Below, one piece after another: positions 11,276 through 20,563 of a stretch of 64,000 nucleotides of DNA (its first letter is position 1; each line of letters starts with the position of its first letter). A program made the position numbers and the translations under genes. The stretch lies in the NCBI GenBank assembly GCA_038212015.1, contig JBBQUY010000003.1:4237-68236 (forward strand), written 5' to 3'. A model generated the notes under the pieces. The model was not told the origin of the DNA, made no database searches, and worked only from the letters and a program-made list of their open reading frames with translations. The DNA is from Gaiellales bacterium (GTDB lineage Bacteria > Actinomycetota > Thermoleophilia > Gaiellales > SKUG01).

Positions 11276-12174
11276 CCAGTCGAGACGCCCGAATCGCTGC
11301 GATTGCGCACAGGCAGCACGGACTGATCACGACGGCGCAGCTGCGCGAGTGTGGTCTGAACGACTCCTCGATCTGCAAGCGCGTCCAGTCCGGCCGACTG
11401 CACCGTCTGCACCGTGGCGTGTACGCGGTCGGCCATGGGTCCGTCTCGCGCGACGCAACATGGACGGCCGCCGTACTGGCTGCGGGCGGTGACGCCGCGT
11501 TGAGTCATGTGGCAGCGGCGGCACACTGGCGGATCTGGCGACGGGGCGGTGCCGTCGAGACGACGCTGGTCGCGTCCCGACGCGCTCGGGGGATCGTCGG
11601 CGTGCGAGTCATCATGACGCGCACGCTCCATCGTCGGGACGTGCGCGTGCGCTTCGACATTCGCGTCACGAGCGTCGAGCGAACGATCGTCGACCTGGGC
11701 TCGATCCTGTCGCCGTGGCAGCTTGCCAACGTCATCCACGAGGCCGAGTTCCGTAATCGCCTGTCCCTGCGCGAGCTGGACCGCGTGCTGGTTCGCAATC
11801 GGGGGCGTGGTGCGGTGACGACGGTACGGCGCGCACTCGAGATTCGCTCGAGAGGAAGCTGGGGAACGCTCAGCGACCTTGAGGACGCGTTCCTGGCGAA
11901 GGCACACGGCCGCGGCCTCGATCCGCTCGTCAACTGTGCAGTCGACGTACTGGAAGGAACGGTCCGTCCGGACTTCTGCCGGCCGGAAGCCATGATCGCG
12001 ATCGAGGTGGACGGCTCACCGCACGGACGGGTCCGAACGAAGCGCGAGGACCGGGGTCGGGCAGCACAGCTCCGAGAAGCGGGATATGTGGTCATTCGGT
12101 GTGGTGCTGACGACATGGATGCATGTCTCGACGAGGTCGAGCGGCTGATGCGTGAGGCCGGCGTGCTCGTCTAA
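11263..12174 (+). CDS. AbiEi-family wHTH plus DUF559 (Vsr-like PD-(D/E)XK) domain protein
   Basis: IAHRQHGLITTAQL, LHRLHRGVYAVG, SHVAAA, VTSVERTIVDL, RPDF..IAIEVDGSPH..DR.R..LREAGYVVIR. Confidence 0.85.
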   Translation: MTTPASRDARIAAIAHRQHGLITTAQLRECGLNDSSICKRVQSGRLHRLHRGVYAVGHGSVSRDATWTAAVLAAGGDAALSHVAAAAHWRIWRRGGAVETTLVASRRARGIVGVRVIMTRTLHRRDVRVRFDIRVTSVERTIVDLGSILSPWQLANVIHEAEFRNRLSLRELDRVLVRNRGRGAVTTVRRALEIRSRGSWGTLSDLEDAFLAKAHGRGLDPLVNCAVDVLEGTVRPDFCRPEAMIAIEVDGSPHGRVRTKREDRGRAAQLREAGYVVIRCGADDMDACLDEVERLMREAGVLV

Positions 12175-12226
12175 CCGTGCGCAGCACGGGAACATGCAGG
12201 GATCTCGAGCGAGACCGGAGATCGCC

Positions 12227-12838
12227 ATGATCGACACGTCGACCTATCACCATCCTGCGACGCTGGAACTGACACGGCACCCGGAGGCGAACGAACTCAT
12301 CGCTCGCGATCCGGCAGCGCTGCTCATCGGATGGATCTGCGACCAGCAGGTACGAGTGCAGCAGGCATTCTCGGCTCCGTGGCACCTGGCCGAGCGGCTC
12401 GGCACGATCGAGCCGTCTGACATCGCAGCGATGCCGGTCGAACGGATCGTGGAGGCCTTCACCGAGCAGCCGCCGCTGCATCGATACGGACGTTCGATGG
12501 CGCAGCGCGTGCACGCCTGCATGAACGTAGTGGTCGACGAGTACGGCGGCGATGTCGAACGCGTCTGGCTTGAGGCAGAGGACTATGAGGACCTCGCGCA
12601 GCGGATCCAGGCGCTTCCGGGATTCGGCATCACGAAGGTGCCGGCGTTCATCGCGATGCTGGCGCGGCGGTTCGGGCTCGAGGTGAGCGGATTCGAGGGC
12701 GCGCTGCCGAGTTATGGCAGCCTGTCGGAGGTCGAGACATACGACGACCTGAAGACGTACCAGGCGCGCAAGCACGAGTGGAAGCAGGCACGCGTGCAGC
12801 GCCCCACCGGGGTGCGACACGTCACGCGTCTCGAGTAG
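12227..12838 (+). CDS. HhH-GPD-type base excision repair protein (actinobacterial family)
   Basis: DPAALLIGWICDQQV..AF.AP, PPLHRYGRSMA, ALPGFG..K..FIAMLARRFG. Confidence 0.85.
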   Translation: MIDTSTYHHPATLELTRHPEANELIARDPAALLIGWICDQQVRVQQAFSAPWHLAERLGTIEPSDIAAMPVERIVEAFTEQPPLHRYGRSMAQRVHACMNVVVDEYGGDVERVWLEAEDYEDLAQRIQALPGFGITKVPAFIAMLARRFGLEVSGFEGALPSYGSLSEVETYDDLKTYQARKHEWKQARVQRPTGVRHVTRLE

Positions 12839-12846
12839 TCGGGCGC

Positions 12847-12895
12847 GAGGTGTAGTCATCTGCTGTCCCAGTGGGAAAGCGGATTGCTACACCTC
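12847..12895. repeat. palindromic repeat family A, copy 2 (inverted relative to copy 1)
   Basis: GAGGTGTAGTCATCTGCTGTCCCAGTGGGAAAGCGGATTGCTACACCTC. Confidence 0.85.
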
Positions 12896-13058
12896 GCGAA
12901 AAAGCTCGCACGGAGCGAACTTCTGGTGAGGGCACGGCGCGCTGGCGCGCGCGGAATTGCATCGGGGGCCCCTGGCGTGGGCCCCCGACTGGCGTAGCTA
13001 CTACCTTCGCAATGTGTATGTGTGCGGCGCGTGGCGCCGTGGCACTGCGGCGTATGCG

Positions 13059-13472
13059 TCAGACCGCGACGGGCAGCAGGACGGGCAGGACGCCGTCGGC
13101 GGTGGCGACGCTGACGATGCGCGGTGAGTACTCACCCGGTTCCAGGCGCATGGCGGCGGCCCAGTCGAGCTCGGGGCCGACGGTCGCGACGAGGTAGCCG
13201 GTCGAGCTGGCGAGCACGACATGCTGGATGCCGGAGCGTCCGGCGAGGATCCATGCGACGCGGTCTGCGACAGCAAGGTCGGACGCCTCCTCGAACACCT
13301 GCAGCACGCAGACCTCCACATCCGTGCCGGGCGACATGCCCCGGAGGATGCCGATCGCAAGGCCCTGCAGCGCGTGCCATCCCGTGATGGGCGCGTGCCC
13401 GGGAAGGTCGGCGAGCTCGGCGTGCTCGGTGGTGGGAACGATATGGGCGGCTGCGGCGTGATGGGAGTTCAT
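13059..13472 (-). CDS. hypothetical protein
   Basis: High GC3 ORF preceded by a sigma-28-like motif. Confidence 0.7.
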   Translation of the reverse strand: MNSHHAAAAHIVPTTEHAELADLPGHAPITGWHALQGLAIGILRGMSPGTDVEVCVLQVFEEASDLAVADRVAWILAGRSGIQHVVLASSTGYLVATVGPELDWAAAMRLEPGEYSPRIVSVATADGVLPVLLPVAV

Positions 13473-13503
13473 GCATTGAAGGTACGACGCGACTGCTGAT
13501 CGT

Positions 13504-13530
13504 TGATCGGGGCGAATTACCTACGTTTGC
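13504..13530 (-). promoter_or_regulatory. sigma-28-like promoter
   Basis: GCAA-N15-CCCGATCA. Confidence 0.55.
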
Positions 13531-13574
13531 ACCCAGGTAGGTACGGACCGCACCGTCCCGGGTAGGGGGCATCC

Positions 13575-14681
13575 GTGCCAAACGACGTGGACACGCCACA
13601 AACGCCGCCCTTCGAACCATCAGCCGAGCAGTTTCTGCTCGAGCTGCTCGACGTGCCCGCGCCCTCCGGATTCGAGGACGCGGCAGCTGCGAAATTCGCG
13701 GAATACGCGGCGACGTTCGACGCGGAAACGTCGACCGATCGCGTCGGCACCGCCTTCGCAACCGTCAATCGCGGGAGCGGCCCTCGCATCGCGATCGTCG
13801 GACACGTCGACGAAATCGGGCTCATCGTCACGAAGATCAACGACAAGGGCTTCTGCAAGGTCGGCTCGATCGGTGGCTGGGACGCGGTCGTCCTGCCGGG
13901 CCAGCGGGTCCGCATCATGTCGACCCCCACGGGTGGCACGATCCTCGGCACGATCAGCCGCACCGCGGTCCATGCCCTCGACCAGGCAGCGCGCGAGCGT
14001 GCCCCCAAGATCGACGACCTCTGGGTCGACGTCGGCGCCCGATCCGGCGACGAGGCGCGCAGCCTCGTGCGTGTGGGAGATCCGATGGTCATGGACGTCG
14101 TCCCCCGACGCATCGGCCCACCCGACTCCATGCGCCTCGCCTCGCGCTCGATCGACAACCGCGTCGGCGCGTTCGTCGCACTGGAGGTCGCCCGCATCTG
14201 CAAGGAGCGCGACGTGGCAGCCGAAGTCGTCGCCGTCGGATCCGTGGGCGAGGAGAACGGCATGGGTGGCGCGACCGTCGCCATGTACGGGCTGCAGCCT
14301 GATCGCACCTGCGTGGTCGACGTCACCACGCCCGGTGACACGCCCGGTGCATCGGACCTGGGCGACCTCAGGCTCGGCAAGGGTCCGATCATCTCGCGCG
14401 GAGCGACACTGAGCGCACGCGTCGTCGACGAACTCATCGCCGCGGCCGAGGACGCCGAGATCCCGCACCAGCTGCGTGCCAAGGGACTTCGCACCGCGAC
14501 CGACGCCGACCAGACCATCAAGGCAGGACGAGGCATGGCCACATGCCTGGTGAGCGTGCCGGCGCGCTACCTGCACACGCCGGTCGAGCAGGTCGACCTG
14601 CGTGACGTCCGCGCTTCGATCGACGTGATCGTGGCCTGGGTCGAGCGTGTCGCCGCTGCACACCCAAGGAGCACCACATGA
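13575..14681 (+). CDS. M42 family aminopeptidase
   Basis: APSGFE, GHVDEIG, IGGWD, IDNR, GEENG, RYLHTPVE. Confidence 0.92.
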   Translation: MPNDVDTPQTPPFEPSAEQFLLELLDVPAPSGFEDAAAAKFAEYAATFDAETSTDRVGTAFATVNRGSGPRIAIVGHVDEIGLIVTKINDKGFCKVGSIGGWDAVVLPGQRVRIMSTPTGGTILGTISRTAVHALDQAARERAPKIDDLWVDVGARSGDEARSLVRVGDPMVMDVVPRRIGPPDSMRLASRSIDNRVGAFVALEVARICKERDVAAEVVAVGSVGEENGMGGATVAMYGLQPDRTCVVDVTTPGDTPGASDLGDLRLGKGPIISRGATLSARVVDELIAAAEDAEIPHQLRAKGLRTATDADQTIKAGRGMATCLVSVPARYLHTPVEQVDLRDVRASIDVIVAWVERVAAAHPRSTT

Positions 14682-15775
14682 GCGATACCGGCGCCGACGA
14701 CACGTCGACATCCACCAAGAAGCGACCCGTGCCCTACTACTCCGGTGACGTGCGCGTCGAAGGCGAATCGCTCGACTTCCTGCTGCGCCTGCTCGACACG
14801 CCTGCACCATCAGGCTTCGAGGAACCGGCCGCCGAGGTCGTGTCCGACTACGCGAAGGAATGGGCCGACGACGTCCGCGTCGACGCGATCGGCAACGTCC
14901 ACGTCACCGTGAACAAGGGCGCCGCCGGCGGCCGCGTGATGCTGTCCGGACACATCGACGAGATCGGCTTCGTCGTGACCCGCATCGACGACAAGGGCCT
15001 CGTCCGATTCGAGCAGGTCGGTGGCTGGGACCTGTCGGTCCCCGTCGGACAGCGCGTGCGCATCCTCACGCGCCAGGGCATCGTGCTGGGCACCGTCGGC
15101 AAGCTCGCGCCGCATCAGATGAAGGACCGGGCGAAAGCGCCGACGATCAAGGACATCTGGATCGACATCGGGGTCGCCACTCCCGACGAGGCGAAGGCGA
15201 TGCTGCGCATCGGCGACCCGATCGTGCTCGACACCACGCCGCACGTCTTTCCCAATCGTCGCGTCATGAGCCGCTCCGTCGATGACCGCATCGGCGCGTT
15301 CATCGCACTGGAAGCAGCCCGCCGCGCCAAGGGCTCGAACATCGAAGTCATCGCGATGTGCGCCACCCGGGAGGAGATCGGCTGCATCGGCGCGATGCCC
15401 GGCACCTTCGGTGCGGATCCCGACGAGGCGATCGCCATCGACGTGACCTGGACGTCGGACGTTCCGGGCGACCATCCCGAGGACTCCGACGTCGGCAAGG
15501 GCCCGTCCGTCACGTTCGGCGCGACCACGCGTGCGCGCATCGGTCGCGAGCTCGTGGCGATCGCGGAGGAGGCCGGGATCGACATCCAGATCTCCGCATC
15601 CGGGCGCGCGACGTTCACCGACGCGGACACGATCGTCCGCGCGGGCCGCGGCGTGCCCGTGGGGGTGGTCAGCATCCCGACGCGCTATCTGCACTCGCCC
15701 GGCGAGCTGTTCGCGCTCGAGGATGCCGAAGCCGCGATCGACCTGCTCACACGCTGGGCCACGCGCGATCGTTGA
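14678..15775 (+). CDS. M42 family aminopeptidase (tandem paralog)
   Basis: APSGFE, GHIDEIG, VGGWD, VDDR, REEIG, RYLHSPGE. Confidence 0.92.
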   Translation: MSDTGADDTSTSTKKRPVPYYSGDVRVEGESLDFLLRLLDTPAPSGFEEPAAEVVSDYAKEWADDVRVDAIGNVHVTVNKGAAGGRVMLSGHIDEIGFVVTRIDDKGLVRFEQVGGWDLSVPVGQRVRILTRQGIVLGTVGKLAPHQMKDRAKAPTIKDIWIDIGVATPDEAKAMLRIGDPIVLDTTPHVFPNRRVMSRSVDDRIGAFIALEAARRAKGSNIEVIAMCATREEIGCIGAMPGTFGADPDEAIAIDVTWTSDVPGDHPEDSDVGKGPSVTFGATTRARIGRELVAIAEEAGIDIQISASGRATFTDADTIVRAGRGVPVGVVSIPTRYLHSPGELFALEDAEAAIDLLTRWATRDR

Positions 15776-15910
15776 CGGTTCTCGACCGCGTCGACACGTG
15801 CGTTTCGAGCGCTGAACAGTCGTGGCATCGCGAGGCCGGCGAACTGGCCTCGTAGGGCACCGTTCACCAGAACTGCCTCACGCGTCTGCAGGTCCGGGCA
15901 AGATACGCAC

Positions 15911-16729
15911 ATGCAGATCGCCTCGTTCGCACCCGTTGTGCCCGCCGCCCAGTACCGTCCGGTCAGCCCGACGCTTGCCGACGGCGCGACGTCCGAGCAC
16001 CAGCGCGCCGCTGGCGAGGACCTGTCCCGGTACTACGCACCGGCCCAGGGCAAGGAAGGCGCGGACCTGCTGCGCGCACTGCACCTGATCGTGCGAACCG
16101 GGCACGTCGACCGCGGGTACGCACAGGCGCGCGACGAGCTGTTCGCGGATGTCGCCGACCTGGACAACGACAACCAGATCGAGGACCTGTTCACCGGCGA
16201 GCTGCGCGGACCGATCACGGGTCGCAAGGATGGCTTCGACAAGGGTTTCAACACGGAGCACACCTGGCCGCAGAGCAAGGGTGCCACCGGCATCGCGCAG
16301 AGCGACCTGCACCACCTGCACCCGTCCAACATCACGACCAACGAGCGTCGAGGCAGCCTGCCGTACGGCGAGGTCGTGACGATCGACTGGTCGGTCGGCG
16401 AGGGCACGCGGCAGGCCAAGCGCGGCGTCGACGAGCTCGGGAAGACCGTGTTCGAGCCGCGCGAGGACATCAAGGGTGACATCGCCCGTGGGCTGCTCTA
16501 CTTCTACACGCGCTATGCACAGTCGCGCCCGGGCGACTTCACGCTCGTGAACTTCAGGCACGAGCTGCCGACGCTGCTGCAGTGGCACAAGGCCGACCCG
16601 GTGACGGATGTCGAGCGCCAGCGCAACGACGCGGTGCAGAAGGTCCAGGGCAATCGCAATCCGTTCGTCGACCGCCCCGAGTTCGTCGACCAGATCAAGT
16701 TCTCGGCCCTCGAGCTGGGTCGCGGTTGA
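15911..16729 (+). CDS. endonuclease I family (His-Me finger) nuclease without Sec signal
   Basis: NTEHTWPQS, DLHHLHP, RGSLPYG, KGDIARGLLYFYTRY, QGNRNPFVD. Confidence 0.9.
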   Translation: MQIASFAPVVPAAQYRPVSPTLADGATSEHQRAAGEDLSRYYAPAQGKEGADLLRALHLIVRTGHVDRGYAQARDELFADVADLDNDNQIEDLFTGELRGPITGRKDGFDKGFNTEHTWPQSKGATGIAQSDLHHLHPSNITTNERRGSLPYGEVVTIDWSVGEGTRQAKRGVDELGKTVFEPREDIKGDIARGLLYFYTRYAQSRPGDFTLVNFRHELPTLLQWHKADPVTDVERQRNDAVQKVQGNRNPFVDRPEFVDQIKFSALELGRG

Positions 16730-17361
16730 GCAAGCCCCGCGCGCGACTGGTCGCCGGCAGCATCCTGCTGGCGACGAGCATCATCATCGGCGCGCTCGTC
16801 ACCTTCATCGGCGAGCCCCCGTTCGACCTGCGCATCGTGCTGGAAGCTGCCGCCTGGCGTGACGGAGCAGTCGGGCGCCTCATGGACGGCGCATCGGACG
16901 TCGGCTACGGGCTCTGGCTCGTGCCGGCGTCGCTCGTGATCGCACTGCTGCAGGCCTGGGTGCCGCACTACCGACGCGACGCGACGATCGTCGCGCTGTC
17001 GACCACGACCGCGGTGATCTGCACACGCATCCTCAAGGAGACGTTCGAGCGCACGCGTCCGGAGGATGCCCATGAGCTCGTTGCTGGCTTCTCGATGCCG
17101 AGCGGGCATGCGACGTCCGCGGCAGCGTTCGCCGTGTCGCTGCTGCTCGTGCTGCCGGGCACGCGTGTGGGTAACCTGGCGCGGACAGCGCTTGTCGCCT
17201 TCGCGATCGTCGTCGGCATGTCGCGCGTCGTGCTTGGCGTGCACTACCCGACCGACGTGATCGCCGGGTTCTGCTCCGGCATCGGCGTCACGCTCCTCGT
17301 GTCCGCGCTCGTCGACATGGCGTGGGCGAAGCGCATGCCGGTCGGCACATCGCGCATCTGA
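16726..17361 (+). CDS. PAP2-family membrane phosphatase
   Basis: LKETFERTRP, SMPSGHA, SRVVLGVHYPTDV; TTG start overlaps the upstream stop. Confidence 0.88.
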   Translation: MSKPRARLVAGSILLATSIIIGALVTFIGEPPFDLRIVLEAAAWRDGAVGRLMDGASDVGYGLWLVPASLVIALLQAWVPHYRRDATIVALSTTTAVICTRILKETFERTRPEDAHELVAGFSMPSGHATSAAAFAVSLLLVLPGTRVGNLARTALVAFAIVVGMSRVVLGVHYPTDVIAGFCSGIGVTLLVSALVDMAWAKRMPVGTSRI

Positions 17362-17379
17362 GCGCGGTACGCTTTCGGC

Positions 17380-18147
17380 ATGTGTGGTCGTTATCAGCTC
17401 GCGCTTCCGGGGCGCACCCTCGCCAACCTGCTGGACGCGCAGCTCGCAGCCGTCGGCGTGCAGCCGACGTGGAACGCGGCGCCGACGCAGGTGCTGCCGG
17501 TGCTGGGGCTCGCGGCGGATGGCCGGCGTGTGCTGCAGGGGGCGGAGTGGGGCCTCGTGCCCGGCTGGGCGCGGCTCCCCGGACGCGACCTGCGCCCGCT
17601 CATCAACGCGCGGTCGGAGACCGTCGTCGAGAAACCCGCGTTTCGATCGGCCGTGCGCACGGGGCGCATCCTCGTGCCGGCAACCGCTTTCTACGAATGG
17701 CACGGCCCCAAGGGTGCAAAGGTGCCGCACCTGATCCGCGTGCGGGGCGCAGGAATCGACGAGACGACCGGCACTCGACTGGACCACGACGCCGCGCCGG
17801 GCGAGGTCGTCGAACCGTTCCTGATTGCAGGGTTCGCGGAGGAGTGGACGACCCCCGACAACGTTCCCGAGCTGACCTTCACGATCCTCACGACCACGCC
17901 CAACGAGCTGTGTGAGCCGATCCACGATCGCATGCCCGCGATCCTGGAAGGTGACGATGCGCAGGCGTGGCTGGAGGCGCCGCCGGAGGACACCCAGCTC
18001 GTGCTCGACCTGCTGGGACCGTTCCCGGCCGAGCGCATGGAGGCCTGGCCGGTGTCTCGAGCCGTCAACGACGCGCGCCACGACGGCGCCGGGCTGTCGG
18101 TGCCGGCCGGCGCGGTCGACGCGGTCGACGACGGTCAGCTGTTCTGA
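17380..18147 (+). CDS. SOS response-associated peptidase (SRAP/YedK/HMCES)
   Basis: N-terminal MCGRY, INARSETV, FYEW, IHDRMPAIL. Confidence 0.93.
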   Translation: MCGRYQLALPGRTLANLLDAQLAAVGVQPTWNAAPTQVLPVLGLAADGRRVLQGAEWGLVPGWARLPGRDLRPLINARSETVVEKPAFRSAVRTGRILVPATAFYEWHGPKGAKVPHLIRVRGAGIDETTGTRLDHDAAPGEVVEPFLIAGFAEEWTTPDNVPELTFTILTTTPNELCEPIHDRMPAILEGDDAQAWLEAPPEDTQLVLDLLGPFPAERMEAWPVSRAVNDARHDGAGLSVPAGAVDAVDDGQLF

Positions 18148-19415
18148 TGTCGGTCGTCAGCGCGCAGGCGGTAGTCGACGACGACCGGATGGTGATCGCT
18201 CGAGTCCACGCCGTCGACCACGTGCGTTCCGACGCGCGCCCTGGCGACGTCGAATTGGTCTGAGGCGTACACGCGATCGATCGGCGTGCGCGGGGTCGCG
18301 CTGCCGAACGTACGGCGTGCGGGGTCGTCGAGCGCCATGCCGGAGGCTGTGAAGGCGTCACGCAGCCCGGCGGAACGGAATGCGGCGGCTTCCTTGTCGC
18401 CGTGAGCCGTGTTCGATTTCACGTTGAAATCCCCGCCCACGATGGTCGGGCCATCCCACGCCGCGAGCAGCCCCGCGAGCGGATCGATCTGGCGACGCGG
18501 ATGATCGACTCCATCAGATGCCCAGCTCCAGTGGCCCGAAAGCACGCGGACGTCGGTGCCGCCAGGGGTGGTGATCATCACGTCCGCGGTCGAGCGTGGT
18601 CGATACATCGGCGAGTTGAAGGGATGCCACTCGCGATCGGCGATCTTGTCGGCGAGCAGGCCTGCGACGGCGTCTGCAGCCCCCGCGATGCGGCGCGCTG
18701 GGCCACCGCCGAATGCATCAGGACTGACGATGCCGCGTGCATCCGCGATGGTCACACCGTTGAACGTCAGCACGGCCGTTCCGTTGCGACGTCCGGTGAC
18801 CGAGTGGATCGACGGCGTGTGCACCGCGCCGTCGGCATCGAGGCGGTCGGCAAGGGTTCCAAGGACGTCACGGAAGCCGGACTGGACGGCGTGGTCGTCG
18901 ACTTCCTGCAGGAGCACGACGTCCGGTCGTTCGCGTTCGATCGCACGGGCCACGCGCTCCAGGTCGGCCGCGCCACCGACCAGATCGCCGCCGGGGCCGA
19001 GCGAGCCATGGATGTTGAAGCTCATGACCCGCAGCGACTCGTCCGCGCGAACGTCGCCGCTGGCGACCGATGCTCCTGCTGCTGCGGCGGTCGAGACCGA
19101 ATCGGTTCCGCGGCGTCGCAGCACGTCGAGCAGCACGCCGCCGCCCACGAGCAGCGCGGCGCCACCCATCGCGCCGAGTACACCCATGCCGATGCGTCCA
19201 GCGATGCCGCGACCTGCGCGGGCAGCGAGCAACGCAGTCGTGCCGGCCCCGATTCCAGCGCCGGCGGCGAGTACGCCCCAGCGCTCGTTGAACCGGGTGC
19301 CGATGCGGTCGATCGCCGACGGCTCATGGGGCGCAACACCGTCGAGCGCGGGCAGGGCAACGTCGCGCGTGGGCACGCGCTTGAACACTGCTGCATGGTC
19401 GACTGTGAGGCCCAC
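18135..19415 (-). CDS. endonuclease/exonuclease/phosphatase (EEP) protein with N-terminal Gly-rich TM hairpin
   Basis: LRVMSFNIH, DVVLLQEVD, IVGGDFN, IDRVY, SDHHPV. Confidence 0.88.
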   Translation of the reverse strand: MGLTVDHAAVFKRVPTRDVALPALDGVAPHEPSAIDRIGTRFNERWGVLAAGAGIGAGTTALLAARAGRGIAGRIGMGVLGAMGGAALLVGGGVLLDVLRRRGTDSVSTAAAAGASVASGDVRADESLRVMSFNIHGSLGPGGDLVGGAADLERVARAIERERPDVVLLQEVDDHAVQSGFRDVLGTLADRLDADGAVHTPSIHSVTGRRNGTAVLTFNGVTIADARGIVSPDAFGGGPARRIAGAADAVAGLLADKIADREWHPFNSPMYRPRSTADVMITTPGGTDVRVLSGHWSWASDGVDHPRRQIDPLAGLLAAWDGPTIVGGDFNVKSNTAHGDKEAAAFRSAGLRDAFTASGMALDDPARRTFGSATPRTPIDRVYASDQFDVARARVGTHVVDGVDSSDHHPVVVDYRLRADDRHQNS

Positions 19416-19451
19416 CCGATCCCATCGTCCCGCGTCCGTCCGAACACCTGT

Positions 19452-19478
19452 TCATCGGGTCACGGACCGATCGCGTGC
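19452..19478 (-). promoter_or_regulatory. sigma-28-like promoter of the EEP gene
   Basis: GCAC-N15-CCCGATGA. Confidence 0.45.
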
Positions 19479-19489
19479 CGACCCAGCAC

Positions 19490-19583
19490 AGCAAAAGCCG
19501 CCGACGGGGGCTGATCCGTCGGCGGCTTTCGAAGAGGTCACGGGGGTAACCGGCGGTCGCTGCCGTGGCTGGCGGGCAACCAC
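19490..19583 (-). ncRNA. putative small RNA (about 90 nt)
   Basis: Bounded by TCAG-N16-TCCGATCA and a strong terminator; no convincing ORF between them. Confidence 0.45.
19492..19530 (-). terminator. intrinsic terminator
   Basis: AAAGCCGCCGACGG-loop-CCGTCGGCGGCTTTT on the minus strand. Confidence 0.85.
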
Positions 19584-19588
19584 CCTCA

Positions 19589-19616
19589 TGATCGGAACAT
19601 CACCGTGGGGTCCTGA
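19589..19616 (-). promoter_or_regulatory. sigma-28-like promoter
   Basis: TCAG-N16-TCCGATCA. Confidence 0.55.
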
Positions 19617-19723
19617 CCATCAGCATGTCGATTAGGTCCGGCTGGCCCATCGGCGATGCCGCGATCTGCAGGTTCGAGCCGTGGTGAGGAATCACTACCG
19701 TGATTCGACTCCCAGATCGGGAT

Positions 19724-20563
19724 CTACGAATCACCCTTGAGGATGTCCTCGTCCTTCGGGAATTCGTCCTCGCCGGGGTAGTCCGAATCCGGCGTGCCAC
19801 CCGCGGGCGGGGTCGGTCCCGACGGCGGTACCGGCGGCAGGTCGGGTTCGGTTGGCGGGGCAGGCGGCAGGTCCGGATCGGTGCCACCACCGCCACCGGG
19901 AACCGGCGGCCAGGAGGGGGGCTGTGAGCCGCCGGGTGCCGGCGGCGGGAAGGTCGGACCGCTGGGGGGCGGGGTCGGGCCGCTCGGCGGGTGGACTGGC
20001 GGGTCGGGCGGGCCGGTGGGCGGACCACTCGGCGGATCCACCGGCGGCGGCACGTTCGGCGTGGTCGGCTGACCACCAGCCGCTCGCAGCAGCTCGTCGA
20101 TGATGCGTGCACCTTCGGCGGTGTCGCGAACCGCACCGGGAATGTCCACGCCGTTGAAGCGCCCGTCCGGGCTCGGCTTCTTGGCGAGCTGCCAATTCGC
20201 GTCCTCGAGGTAGGCGTCGGCCTTGCGCAGCTCGCTCACCACTGCCTCGGGGTTGGTCTCGCCCAGCTGCTTCTCGAGCCGCTTCTGCACGGCCATGTTC
20301 GTCTTGAACACGCGGATGCGGATGTCCTTGGTCGCATCGGATCCGCCATCGTCGAGCGGCACGGTGCCCAGCATCTCGACCGCCTTCGCCGCCAGGCGCG
20401 ACGATTCAGTCAGGTCGACGACGAAGTTCGCGGACACGCCGGTGAGCGTCGACCCGGGTGCGGGTGGCGTCGTGGGCGAAGTCGGCGGAGCGGTCGACGG
20501 GCCGGAGGGCGGCACACCGATGTTCGGCACCTGGACAGGGCTGGGGGAGACTCGCGTGAGCAT
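19724..20563 (-). CDS. orphan Pro-rich protein with helical domain paralogous to 3307-4305
   Basis: Shared FKTNMA..LEDANWQLAKKPSPDGRFNGVD.PGA.RDT; start is one of three tandem ATGs (20569-20563). Confidence 0.85.
   Translation of the reverse strand: MLTRVSPSPVQVPNIGVPPSGPSTAPPTSPTTPPAPGSTLTGVSANFVVDLTESSRLAAKAVEMLGTVPLDDGGSDATKDIRIRVFKTNMAVQKRLEKQLGETNPEAVVSELRKADAYLEDANWQLAKKPSPDGRFNGVDIPGAVRDTAEGARIIDELLRAAGGQPTTPNVPPPVDPPSGPPTGPPDPPVHPPSGPTPPPSGPTFPPPAPGGSQPPSWPPVPGGGGGTDPDLPPAPPTEPDLPPVPPSGPTPPAGGTPDSDYPGEDEFPKDEDILKGDS

Noticed and set aside
11263-12174. Complete type IV AbiE toxin-antitoxin system
   Set aside because: No adjacent AbiEii nucleotidyltransferase gene
15870-15910. Sigma-28 promoters for 15911, 4305, 29533, 35218, 42465 and 26907
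   Set aside because: Only partial -10-like matches or wrong spacing; not reported as features
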